This document shows positions 36,745-46,353 of a stretch of DNA of 64,000 nucleotides, in pieces. Numbering within the stretch: position 1 is the stretch's first letter; each line of letters starts with the position of its first letter. The notes below the pieces were generated by a model that was given only the letters and a program-made list of their open reading frames with translations, had not been told where the DNA came from and searched no databases. The DNA is from Alphaproteobacteria bacterium (GTDB taxonomy: Bacteria > Pseudomonadota > Alphaproteobacteria > SHVP01). Position numbers and translations under genes: made by a program. The stretch covers positions 13,573 through 77,572 of the forward strand of contig VGES01000010.1 in the NCBI GenBank assembly GCA_016869765.1. The letters run 5' to 3'.

Positions 36745-37944
36745 ATGGCGGGTTCGCGCGCGCTACTCATGCTGATCGCGGGCGGCGCGATGGTCTCGCT
36801 GATGACCCTCGGGCTGCGCAACGGCTTCGGGCTGTTCCTCGAACCGATGTCGAGCACCTACGGTTGGGGACGCGAGGTCTTTGCCCTCGCGATCGCGCTA
36901 CAGAACGTGATCTGGGGTTTGGGCCAGCCGTTTGCCGGCGCGCTCGCCGACCGCTACGGCGCGTTCCGCGTGCTGCTCCTGGGTGGGCTTCTCTACGTGC
37001 TCGGCATCGCCCTGATGTCGACGGTGACGAGCCCTCTCCATTTGCACTTGACCGCGGGAGTCATGATCGGGCTCGGTACCGCGGGAGCCTCGTTCACGGT
37101 CGTGTTGGCGGCGATCGGCCGGCTGCTGCCGGCGGCACAGCGCGGCTGGGCCTTCGGCCTGATCACCGCGGCGGGCTCGCTCGGGCAGTTCCTGCTGGCG
37201 CCCATCGGCCAAGCGCTGATCGAGGCCTACGGCTGGTCGACCGCCCTTCTGTGGTTGGCGCTGATGGCGATCGCGGTGGTGCCGATGGCCCTCGCCTTCC
37301 GCGCCGACCGCCCCGCCGCGCAGCCCATCCCGGGCGAGTCGCTCAGCCGATCGCTCGGGGCGGCGACCGGCAGCGTAGACTACTGGTGCCTGCTCAGCGG
37401 TTTTTTCGTCTGCGGTTTCCACGTCGCACTGATTCAAACCCACTTGCCGGCCGCGCTCGCCGACGCCGGCCTGTCGAAGGCGATCGCGGCCTGGGCGCTC
37501 GCCTTGATCGGTTTGTTCAACGTCGTCGGCGCCTACGCCGCCGGTCCGCTCGGCGAGCGCGTGCGCAAGAAATGGCTGCTGTCGGCGATCTACGGCAGCC
37601 GCGCCGTCGTGCTCGCCGGGTTTGTGCTCCTGCCGGTGACGACCGAAAGCGCGCTCGTGTTCTCCGCCGCCATGGGGCTGCTCTGGTTATCGACGGTGCC
37701 ACCGACGTCGGGCTTGGTCGCCCACCTGTTCGGCCCGCGCTACCTCGCGACGCTGTTCGGGATCGTTTTCCTCAGCCATCAGGTTGGCGCGTTCCTCGGG
37801 GCCTGGCTCGGCGGCGTCCTCTATGACCGCTACGGCACCTACGAGCCGGCGTGGTGGATGGCGGCGGCACTCGGCGTCTTCGCCGCCATCGTCAACCTGC
37901 CGATCCGTGAGCCTGCGCCCTCCGCGAACGAGGTGCGGGCATGA
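36745..37944 (+). CDS. MFS transporter
   Basis: From the ATG at 36745: MAGSRALLMLIAGGAMVSL..., with multiple hydrophobic segments consistent with 12 TM helices and GALADRYG in loop 2-3. Confidence 0.8.
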   Translation: MAGSRALLMLIAGGAMVSLMTLGLRNGFGLFLEPMSSTYGWGREVFALAIALQNVIWGLGQPFAGALADRYGAFRVLLLGGLLYVLGIALMSTVTSPLHLHLTAGVMIGLGTAGASFTVVLAAIGRLLPAAQRGWAFGLITAAGSLGQFLLAPIGQALIEAYGWSTALLWLALMAIAVVPMALAFRADRPAAQPIPGESLSRSLGAATGSVDYWCLLSGFFVCGFHVALIQTHLPAALADAGLSKAIAAWALALIGLFNVVGAYAAGPLGERVRKKWLLSAIYGSRAVVLAGFVLLPVTTESALVFSAAMGLLWLSTVPPTSGLVAHLFGPRYLATLFGIVFLSHQVGAFLGAWLGGVLYDRYGTYEPAWWMAAALGVFAAIVNLPIREPAPSANEVRA

Positions 37945-38281
37945 ACGGGTGGCGCCGCCACGGCTTTGCCGCGCTCCTGCTCGGGAGTGTCTGCCTCGCC
38001 GGCCTGGGGACCTTCGAAGCTTTGCGGCCGGCGCGCGGCGGCGATGTGATCGCCGTGTTTCCGCCGACATGGTCGCGCGAGCAGGTCCTGACGGCGATTC
38101 GCGACTCGGGCGCTATGATGCGGGATGACGTTTGGGCCGCCCGCGTTTGGCATCTGGCCGTCGCCGATGATGCCGTTCGCGCCCGCGTCGCGCGAACGGC
38201 CCTGAGCGTCATCGACGCACGTTATCTCGAAGCGATGCTGTTGGCGGTGGGTTGCACCCCACCCGCGCCGCCACGGGGGCG

Positions 38282-38297
<16 letters not shown>
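37941..38297 (+). CDS. Hypothetical protein with N-terminal signal/anchor-like segment (118 aa)
   Basis: The ATG overlaps the MFS stop (ATGA). GC3-rich codon usage is consistent with coding. No recognisable domain. Confidence 0.45.
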
Positions 38298-39157
<860 letters not shown>

Positions 39158-39196
39158 GTACACTGTATAGCGCGCCCCGCGCGCAGAAGCGAAATC

Positions 39197-40135
39197 ATGC
39201 CGGAACTGCCCGACATCGCCGCCTATGTCGCTTGCCTCAAGCCCCGGGTGCTCGACCGGCGGTTGCAGCGCGTGCGCCTGAACAGCCCTTTCCTCCTGCG
39301 CTCGGTCGATCCCCCGCTCAAAGCCTTCGAGGATCGACCGGTCACCGACGTGCGCCGGTTGGGCAAGCGCATCGTGCTGGCGTTTCCCGACGAGCACTAC
39401 CTGGTCCTGCACCTGATGATCGCAGGCCGGCTGCATTGGAAGGAGGCGAATGCCAAGCTCGCCGGCAAGTTCGTGCTCGTCGGCTTCGACTTCCCCGGCG
39501 GCACCTTGACCCTCACCGAGGCCGGATCGAAGCGTCGCGCGTCGCTCTACGCTGTGCGCGGCGACGGCGGCCTGATCGCCCATGACCCCGGCGGCCTCGA
39601 GGTGATGACCAGCGACCGCGCGGCGTTTGCCGAACGGCTCACCCTGGAGAATCATACGGTTAAGCGGGCGCTCACCGACCCACGCGTGTTCAGCGGCATC
39701 GGCAACGCCTATTCCGACGAGATTCTCCATCGCGCCAAACTTTCACCGCTGCGCTGGACGGATGCCCTGACGTCCGAGGATATCGATCGCCTGTTCGTCG
39801 CCTGCCGCGGCGTCCTCGAAGAATGGACCGAACGGTTGATCCGCGAGGCCGGCGCGGGCTTTCCGGAGAAGGTCACCGCCTTCCGGCCGGGCATGGCCGC
39901 GCACGGTCGCTACGGGGAACCCTGCCCGGTCTGTCGTGCGCCGATCCAACGCATCGCCTACGCCGACAACGAGACCAACTACTGCGCCCCCTGCCAGACC
40001 AGCGGCAAATTGCTCGCCGATCGATCGTTGTCACGGCTGCTCAAGGGCGACTGGCCACGCTCCCTCGTCGAACTCGACGAACTGAAGCGCGAGGCGCGTA
40101 CGGCGGGATTGCGCACCCCGCGTTCGACCCCCTAG
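39197..40135 (+). CDS. Fpg/Nei-family DNA glycosylase/AP lyase
   Basis: The N-terminal MPELPD is the catalytic Pro2/Glu3 motif. H2TH region: GIGNAYSDEILHRAKL. C-terminal zinc finger: CPVC...CAPC. Confidence 0.8.
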   Translation: MPELPDIAAYVACLKPRVLDRRLQRVRLNSPFLLRSVDPPLKAFEDRPVTDVRRLGKRIVLAFPDEHYLVLHLMIAGRLHWKEANAKLAGKFVLVGFDFPGGTLTLTEAGSKRRASLYAVRGDGGLIAHDPGGLEVMTSDRAAFAERLTLENHTVKRALTDPRVFSGIGNAYSDEILHRAKLSPLRWTDALTSEDIDRLFVACRGVLEEWTERLIREAGAGFPEKVTAFRPGMAAHGRYGEPCPVCRAPIQRIAYADNETNYCAPCQTSGKLLADRSLSRLLKGDWPRSLVELDELKREARTAGLRTPRSTP

Positions 40136-40144
40136 GCTCTCCCC

Positions 40145-40297
40145 ATGCGTTGGTTGCCCGTCGTCCTGTTGTTGCTGGCCGGAGTCCTTGCCGTTGTCGT
40201 CGCCCGCAACCTGCCGTCGGGCGATGGTGGAACCGCGAAGCCGGCCGCCACCAGCCCGGTCGACGACGCGGCCCGCGCCGCCACCGAGCGCCGCTGA
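40145..40297 (+). CDS. Possible small secreted/membrane peptide (50 aa)
   Basis: MRWLPVVLLLLAGVLAVVVARNL... Below the track length cutoff, with no further support. Confidence 0.25.
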   Translation: MRWLPVVLLLLAGVLAVVVARNLPSGDGGTAKPAATSPVDDAARAATERR

Positions 40298-40300
40298 CCC

Positions 40301-41119
40301 CTAGTAATTCGTCGAGGGTCGCCATGGCCCGGCATAACGCTCGTGGCCGGGCGGCAGGATGGGCTTGTGCTCGGGGACCCAGCGGAACGGTTTCTCGACC
40401 GGGAAGTATTCGTAGAGCAGCGGGCCGCCCACCGAGCGCATGAAGAAATTGCAGCCGGTCTGGGTACCGAACGGCCCGTGCTTGATTCCGGCCGGCCGCC
40501 AGAAGTAAGCGCCGGCGTAGTAGATGCCATAGGGGCCGGAGAGCTCGCCCGCCAGCGTGTACATCTCCTGCACCGTCGTATGGCGTTCGACCTTGCCCGA
40601 GCCGTCGTTGGGGCGCGTCGTCTGCAGGTAGGTCATATCGCCGGTGACCGGATCGTTGCGTAGGAACAGGACCCGGCCTGGGAAATACTTGTTGTCTTCC
40701 CAGCCGCCGCGGCGCGTGTCGATGTGGCGGATCAGCCGGCGTTCGTCGCAGGGATTCGTCGGCGCTCCGGCGAACGCGCGCGGTTCCGCCGAGAAAAACG
40801 TGAGCACCACGGCGCCCGCTGGGGCGGAGAACGACCGGCGTTCGAACCCGACCGGGAAATGGGCGTATGCGCCGCGCTCGTAGAGCGTGCCGTTGAGCTC
40901 GAAGGCCCCTTCCAGGACGAAGACCTCCTCGTCGGCCGCCAGGTGCTCGTGTTCGCGGCGGGCATAACCGGCGGCGTAGCGCAGTACGAGGCTCGAGTCC
41001 TTGCCCTCGGGGTCGATCGACAGGGTCTTGACCTCGACCTCGGGACGCCCGCCGCCGTAGAGGCCCCGGGTCCAGGGCAGGACCTGCGGTTGGATGAAGT
41101 CGAGATGGGGTCGGGCCAT
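40301..41119 (-). CDS. Cupin-superfamily protein (probable bicupin)
   Basis: 272 aa with two beta-barrel-like halves (HEHLAADEEVFVLEGAFELNG; HTTVQEMYTLAGEL). The assignment rests on general pattern only. Confidence 0.5.
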   Translation of the reverse strand: MARPHLDFIQPQVLPWTRGLYGGGRPEVEVKTLSIDPEGKDSSLVLRYAAGYARREHEHLAADEEVFVLEGAFELNGTLYERGAYAHFPVGFERRSFSAPAGAVVLTFFSAEPRAFAGAPTNPCDERRLIRHIDTRRGGWEDNKYFPGRVLFLRNDPVTGDMTYLQTTRPNDGSGKVERHTTVQEMYTLAGELSGPYGIYYAGAYFWRPAGIKHGPFGTQTGCNFFMRSVGGPLLYEYFPVEKPFRWVPEHKPILPPGHERYAGPWRPSTNY

Positions 41120-41135
41120 GGCGGTCTCCTCGCGG

Positions 41136-42032
41136 CTATTGGGAAACGGTCGTTGGTTTGGCGCTCGCTTGTCGTCGCTCGCGCATGGCGACGTAGGTGG
41201 CGGCAGAGAAGATCACGGCACCGCCGACCAGCGCCCAGAGCGTCGGCACCTCGGCAAACGCGACATAGCCGATGACGCTGATCCAGACGATGCGGGTGAA
41301 GTCGAAGGGCAACACCACCGTCAGGTCGGCATGGCGAAATGCCTCGGTGAGGCAGATGTTGCCGAGTCCGGCGCAGACGCCGATCGCGACCAACCAGAAC
41401 CAGGCCTCGGCGCTGGGCCAAGTCCACACGAACAGCGCCGGAACGAACGTCACGACCGTCATCACGACGCTCATGTAGGCGGTCGCCGTGACGCTCGACT
41501 CGGTGCGGGCCAGGTATTTGATCACCGCCATGCCGGAACCCCAACATAGCGCCGCGAACAACGCCAACAACGAGCCCGGGTTGACCTCGGCGATGCCTGG
41601 ACGAATGACGATCCAGGCGCCGATCAGTCCGACGGCCAGAGCAGCCAATCGCTGCCACTCTGCGCGTTCCCCCATGAGCAGAATGGCGATCGCCGTCGTG
41701 CAAAGCGGCGCCGTGAATGAGAGCGCCGTGTTCTGCGACAAGGGAATGATCGTGATGGCATAGAACGTCGCCATCATGTTCAGGCTCTGCAACGTGCCGC
41801 GCAGCACGTGCCAGCGGAGCTTCTGCGTGCGAAAAATGCTCAAGCCTTGGCGTAGGAGTGGCAGCACGACGAGCAACGCGAAGACCGACCGGAGAAACCC
41901 GATCTCGATGGCGTGCACCTCGTCGCTGATGTGGCGGATCATGCCGTGCTGCGACGTGAAGATGAGCGTCGTCGCCAGCATCAGCAGGATCCCGCGCACA
42001 GAGGCGGGCAACGCGAGGAACGCCCGAGTCAT
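41136..42032 (-). CDS. DMT-superfamily (EamA-like) transporter
   Basis: The ATG at 42032 overlaps the upstream hydrolase stop (ATGA). The hydrophobicity pattern suggests about 10 TM segments in two EamA-like halves. Confidence 0.75.
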   Translation of the reverse strand: MTRAFLALPASVRGILLMLATTLIFTSQHGMIRHISDEVHAIEIGFLRSVFALLVVLPLLRQGLSIFRTQKLRWHVLRGTLQSLNMMATFYAITIIPLSQNTALSFTAPLCTTAIAILLMGERAEWQRLAALAVGLIGAWIVIRPGIAEVNPGSLLALFAALCWGSGMAVIKYLARTESSVTATAYMSVVMTVVTFVPALFVWTWPSAEAWFWLVAIGVCAGLGNICLTEAFRHADLTVVLPFDFTRIVWISVIGYVAFAEVPTLWALVGGAVIFSAATYVAMRERRQASAKPTTVSQ

Positions 42033-42898
42033 TGCACCGGCTGCTCCGCATCGAGAAACGCGCGGATGATCGGCGCCACCTCGCGGTAGCGAAACAACAG
42101 CATCTCCCGACCCCATTGCGGCAGGTCGATCATCTTGCCGTTGCGAATGTAGGCGGCCGCCCGCGCCGTCGGCGCCCACAAATCGTCGCGCGCGTGCAGC
42201 AGCAGCAGCGGCTGGGTGACCTTGGGCAGGTTCTCGGCATGGAGATACGAAAACGCCGCGTGGTGGCCGTGATAGGCGAGCGGTCCCGCCCGAAGGCCTT
42301 CGACGAATTCGAGTTCACGCACCGTGATCGGGACCTCGGGCGGCAGGTTGTCCCTTGCCCAACCCCAGCGCACCATGACGTAGCGACCGTCGTCATCGGC
42401 GGTTTCGACAGCGTCGTCGAACGCGGTGAGGGCCGCCAGTTCGGCTGCGCTGTACACCGGCGCGGCGTTCAACACCACGCGCCGCACCTGCACGGGTCGT
42501 TGGATCGCGACCTCGACGGCCGTTTTCGACCCGGTGTGATCCCCCATCACGTCGATGTCGCGAAACCCGAAATAATCGATCAGTTCGCCCATGGCCGCGG
42601 CAAAATCGGCGATCGACGGCGGGTGCGGCAGGGCATCGGAATTGCCGAAGGCCGGCGTGTCGGCGACAATCGCGACGCGATCGCGACCCAATTCGGCGAT
42701 CAGGCCCTCATAGCAGCGCCCGGACGACCCCGTCTGATGAAACAGGAACAGCGGCCGGCGCTCGGACGGCGATGCAGGTTTCGCGATCCGGTAATGAAGC
42801 TGACCATAGCGGTAGTCGGCGTAGCCGCGACGGACCGTCGACGGCGCACGCCAGAGCAATTCGCGGCGCCGTTGATCGGCGCTCCGCGCGTCAACCAT
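42029..42898 (-). CDS. Alpha/beta-hydrolase-fold protein, single domain, GDHTG elbow (H1)
   Basis: RRGYADYRYGQLHYR, LFLFHQTGSSGR, DTPAFGNSD, VMGDHTGSKTAVE. N-type paralog of the didomain genes upstream. Confidence 0.7.
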   Translation of the reverse strand: MVDARSADQRRRELLWRAPSTVRRGYADYRYGQLHYRIAKPASPSERRPLFLFHQTGSSGRCYEGLIAELGRDRVAIVADTPAFGNSDALPHPPSIADFAAAMGELIDYFGFRDIDVMGDHTGSKTAVEVAIQRPVQVRRVVLNAAPVYSAAELAALTAFDDAVETADDDGRYVMVRWGWARDNLPPEVPITVRELEFVEGLRAGPLAYHGHHAAFSYLHAENLPKVTQPLLLLHARDDLWAPTARAAAYIRNGKMIDLPQWGREMLLFRYREVAPIIRAFLDAEQPVQ

Positions 42899-44585
42899 CG
42901 AGGAACCGACGGATCGTCGGCACAACCTCGCCGAAGTGGGTCTGGAACATACCGAATCCGATATGCGGCAGGTCGACGACGGTGACGTTCTTGATCAGCG
43001 GAACGGCGCGGTGCGTCATCGGAATGACGAGGTCCTTGCCCGGCATCAGGAGGAGCACGGGCTGCCCCAGAGCGCGCAGCGCAGGGGCGGGGTCATAGCC
43101 GACCGCCGCTTCCGGCCCCCACCACAGTCCGAGAGGTCCACCCCGCAGGGCCTCGCAGAACAACGTCGAGACGACATCGATCGGCGCCTGGCCCGACTTC
43201 AAGCGTGCCGCCCGCTTCCAAATCTCGGCCAGGTGAGTGCCATCGGCACGCGTCGTCACGGGCTTCGCCCGTGACAGCATGCTGCGGCGCTCCTCATCGG
43301 TGTACACCGCGCAGGTGTTGAGCACGATTTTGCGGATCAGCTTCGGACGTTCGGCGGCCAGCATCACCGTCAGCTTGGCGCCGGTATGATCGCCGAGGGC
43401 ATCGATCGTCGTGTAGCCCAACCTGTCGATCGCCTCCGACACCGGGCGCATCAAGTCGGCCAACGACGGTTGCTTGGCCGGACGGTCGCTCTCGCCGAAG
43501 CCCGGCGTGTCGACGGCAATCGCGACGCGATCGGTGGCGAGCGCGACGGCGGCATCTTCATAGACCCGACCGGAAAGCGGGCTGATGTGGAACAAGAACA
43601 GCGGCGGCTTCGTGCTCGGCTTTGCCGGCTCGGCGATGCGCAGGTGCAAGAAGCCGGTCGAGACCTCGACGAAGCGTTTTCGGATCGCCGCCGCCTTGGC
43701 GATCCGGGGCTTGGCCGGAGCCGGGCGGGCCGGTGACGCGGAAACCGACGCGGGCGGCTGATCGAAAAACTCGCGCGCAATCTTCCCGAGTTCCGTGGCG
43801 TGGAGCGAGATCGCTCCCATTCGGAACGTCGGCAGTTCCATGAGCTTGCCGTTGCGCAGGTGCGGCACCGTCCGGTGGGTGTGCTCGCGAAAACCGTCGT
43901 CGGGGCAGAGCAGCAGGATCGGGTGGGCAATGTCCTTGAGCGCGTCCGTCACGGCATATTGGAACGAGGCGTTATGGCCGTACCAGATGACGTCGCCGCC
44001 CCGCTGCATCTCGGCGAAGTCACGATTGAGCAGCTCGATCGGTGAACTGTCCGCGTACAAGCGCTTCAGGCGCACGAAATGTTCGACGTGGTGGTGGCCG
44101 TCCTCCGGCGGCGCATGAGGCTTCTCGCGCTCGATGATCTGCTTCTGCATCGCCTGCTGCTCGGCGGTGAACACCATCGCCGCATTGAGCATGAGCCGCC
44201 CGATCTGCTTCGGGCGTTGCCGGGTCAGTTCCATCGCGACCTTGGTGCCCGTGTGATCGCCGATGAGGTCGACGACCTCGAGCCCGAGCGTGTCCATCAC
44301 ATCGCCCATCGCGGCGGCGTATTCCTCGATCGTCGGCGGCGCGGGCGGTGGCGCCGAATCGCCGAATCCGGGGGTGTCGGGCGCAATGGCAAAGCGGTCG
44401 CGCCCGAGGTCGGCCACGAGGTGCTCCCATGGCCGCCCGGACGACGGGCTTTGGTGGAACAACAGCACTGGGCGTTTCTTCGATTTGGGGTCGCCCGCCG
44501 CACGATAGTGAATCTGACCGAAACGGCCATCGAGGTAACCCCGGCGCACCGTATCGGGGCGGCGCCACCAGTCGATTTCAGTCAT
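42891..44585 (-). CDS. Didomain alpha/beta-hydrolase-fold protein, two GDHTG elbows (H2)
   Basis: 564 aa. N-domain: FHQSPSSGR, DTPGFGDSA, LIGDHTGTKVAME. A Pro/Ala linker follows. C-domain: FHISPLSGR, DTPGFGESD, ALGDHTGAKLTVM. Confidence 0.75.
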   Translation of the reverse strand: MTEIDWWRRPDTVRRGYLDGRFGQIHYRAAGDPKSKKRPVLLFHQSPSSGRPWEHLVADLGRDRFAIAPDTPGFGDSAPPPAPPTIEEYAAAMGDVMDTLGLEVVDLIGDHTGTKVAMELTRQRPKQIGRLMLNAAMVFTAEQQAMQKQIIEREKPHAPPEDGHHHVEHFVRLKRLYADSSPIELLNRDFAEMQRGGDVIWYGHNASFQYAVTDALKDIAHPILLLCPDDGFREHTHRTVPHLRNGKLMELPTFRMGAISLHATELGKIAREFFDQPPASVSASPARPAPAKPRIAKAAAIRKRFVEVSTGFLHLRIAEPAKPSTKPPLFLFHISPLSGRVYEDAAVALATDRVAIAVDTPGFGESDRPAKQPSLADLMRPVSEAIDRLGYTTIDALGDHTGAKLTVMLAAERPKLIRKIVLNTCAVYTDEERRSMLSRAKPVTTRADGTHLAEIWKRAARLKSGQAPIDVVSTLFCEALRGGPLGLWWGPEAAVGYDPAPALRALGQPVLLLMPGKDLVIPMTHRAVPLIKNVTVVDLPHIGFGMFQTHFGEVVPTIRRFLDG

Positions 44586-46269
44586 CGCAATGCTCCCGGA
44601 TCAGTTTGGCGAATTCGCTCGGACGTTCCTCGACGAAGCCATAGCGATCGCGCGGCAGGTCGTGGAGTTTGGCGGTCGTCATCAACGTGAGGGCTCGCGC
44701 CGTGTGCTCTTCCAGTCCGTCGCGGGGCCGGAACACCAGGACCGGCTGCGTAATGCGGGGCAGCACGCCGTCCATGACATAGGAGAACACCGCGCCGTGC
44801 CCCCAATGGCCGAAGGGACCACCACGGGTGGACTCGACCAGGTTGCGTTCGATGGCCATCCGACCGAGCGTCGGCGCCGTCAGGCGCGTCATCCGAGCCC
44901 ACATTTCGGGCAGGTGACTGCCGTCCGCCTTGCCGGGTTCGTGGCGGGCGTGGGCCAGGCGCTCGCGCCGTTGATCGGCATCGAAGAACGGTACCGTGTT
45001 GAGGGCGAAGCGACGAACGAGGGTCGGATAGGTGACGGCCATTTCGATCGCGACACACGCTCCGGTGTGATCGCCGTACATGTCGATCGGCGTAGCCAGG
45101 CCGAGTTGCTGTATCGCCTCCACCATGTAGGCGGCGAGGTCGGCCATCGACGGCGGTTTCGGAGGGGCATCGGACTCGCCGAACCCCGGCAGGTCGAGGG
45201 CCACCGCAATGCGATCGCGACCGAGTTCGGCCAGCAACGGTTCGAAATTTCGCCCCGAGACGGGACTCATGTGCAAACACACGATCGGGCGGGCCTTCGC
45301 GCTCGTCGGCGTGACGACGCGCGCCAACACCTGACCGCTGCGGGTCGCCACGAAGCGTTTTCGGATCGCGCGCGGCGCGATCGTGGCCTTGACCGGGGCC
45401 GGCTTGGGCGCGCCCGCCGTCAGGCTCGCGTGCGGTCCATCAAGGAATGACCGCACGATGGCGGCCATCTCCACGGCCCTGGTCGACACCGCTCCCATCT
45501 TCCAATCGGGCAACTCGTGGATGCGGCCGTTCTTGAGATGCGGGCGCGCCGCCTGCGTCGCCTCCCATAGGCCGTCGTCCGGGCACAGAATCAGCACCGG
45601 CTGAGCGAGGGCCGGCAGGGCCTCGGCATGGCTGTAGGCGAAGGCCGCGTTGTGCCCATACCACGCCAGATCAAGACCACGCAGACCCTCGTAGAAGTCG
45701 CGCTCGAAGAGATCGTCCGGAATATCGGCCGGATACCACTTGCGCATGCCCTGCCATCGTTTCAGCAGGTGGCTACCGTCGGCCGGCGGCGGTTTCGGCT
45801 TTTCGTCCTCGAGATGGGCCATCATCTCGGCCATTTTCGTGTCTGAGTACACGGGCGCCGCGTTGAGCACGAGCCGGCGGATCTGGTTCGGCCGCTGGCG
45901 CGCCAATTCGACCGCGACCTTGGCGCCGGTATGGTCACCGAACGCGTCGATCTCTTTCAGCCCCAAGGCATCAAGGAAGTCGCCCATCGCTGCCGCATAG
46001 TCAGCGATCGTCGGTGGCGACGGCGGCGGATCGGAATCACCGAACCCCGGCGTGTCCGGAGCGATCACCGTCCGGTCGGTGCCGAGCGCCGCCATGAGGT
46101 GCTCGAAGGGCCGCCCCGACGACGGGCTCTGATGGAACAGCACGACGGGTTTCCCGCGGGGGGCTTTGGGCTCGATGATGCGATAGTGAATCTGCCCGAA
46201 GCGGGCATCGGCAAAGTCGCGGCGCACGCTTTCCGGCCTGCGCCACCAACGTTGAGCAGCGTCGGACAT
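44578..46269 (-). CDS. Didomain alpha/beta-hydrolase-fold protein, two GDHTG elbows (H3)
   Basis: 563 aa. AFGDHTGAKVAVE and MYGDHTGACVAIE. Same architecture as H2, with an 8-nt overlap with H2. Confidence 0.75.
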   Translation of the reverse strand: MSDAAQRWWRRPESVRRDFADARFGQIHYRIIEPKAPRGKPVVLFHQSPSSGRPFEHLMAALGTDRTVIAPDTPGFGDSDPPPSPPTIADYAAAMGDFLDALGLKEIDAFGDHTGAKVAVELARQRPNQIRRLVLNAAPVYSDTKMAEMMAHLEDEKPKPPPADGSHLLKRWQGMRKWYPADIPDDLFERDFYEGLRGLDLAWYGHNAAFAYSHAEALPALAQPVLILCPDDGLWEATQAARPHLKNGRIHELPDWKMGAVSTRAVEMAAIVRSFLDGPHASLTAGAPKPAPVKATIAPRAIRKRFVATRSGQVLARVVTPTSAKARPIVCLHMSPVSGRNFEPLLAELGRDRIAVALDLPGFGESDAPPKPPSMADLAAYMVEAIQQLGLATPIDMYGDHTGACVAIEMAVTYPTLVRRFALNTVPFFDADQRRERLAHARHEPGKADGSHLPEMWARMTRLTAPTLGRMAIERNLVESTRGGPFGHWGHGAVFSYVMDGVLPRITQPVLVFRPRDGLEEHTARALTLMTTAKLHDLPRDRYGFVEERPSEFAKLIREHCDD

Positions 46270-46353
46270 TCTCCCCCCGGAGTTGCCCGGGCACGAACGG
46301 CCCGGTTGCCCAGCATAGTAGCCGACCCGTTCGGGCCGACGAAGGGAATCGCG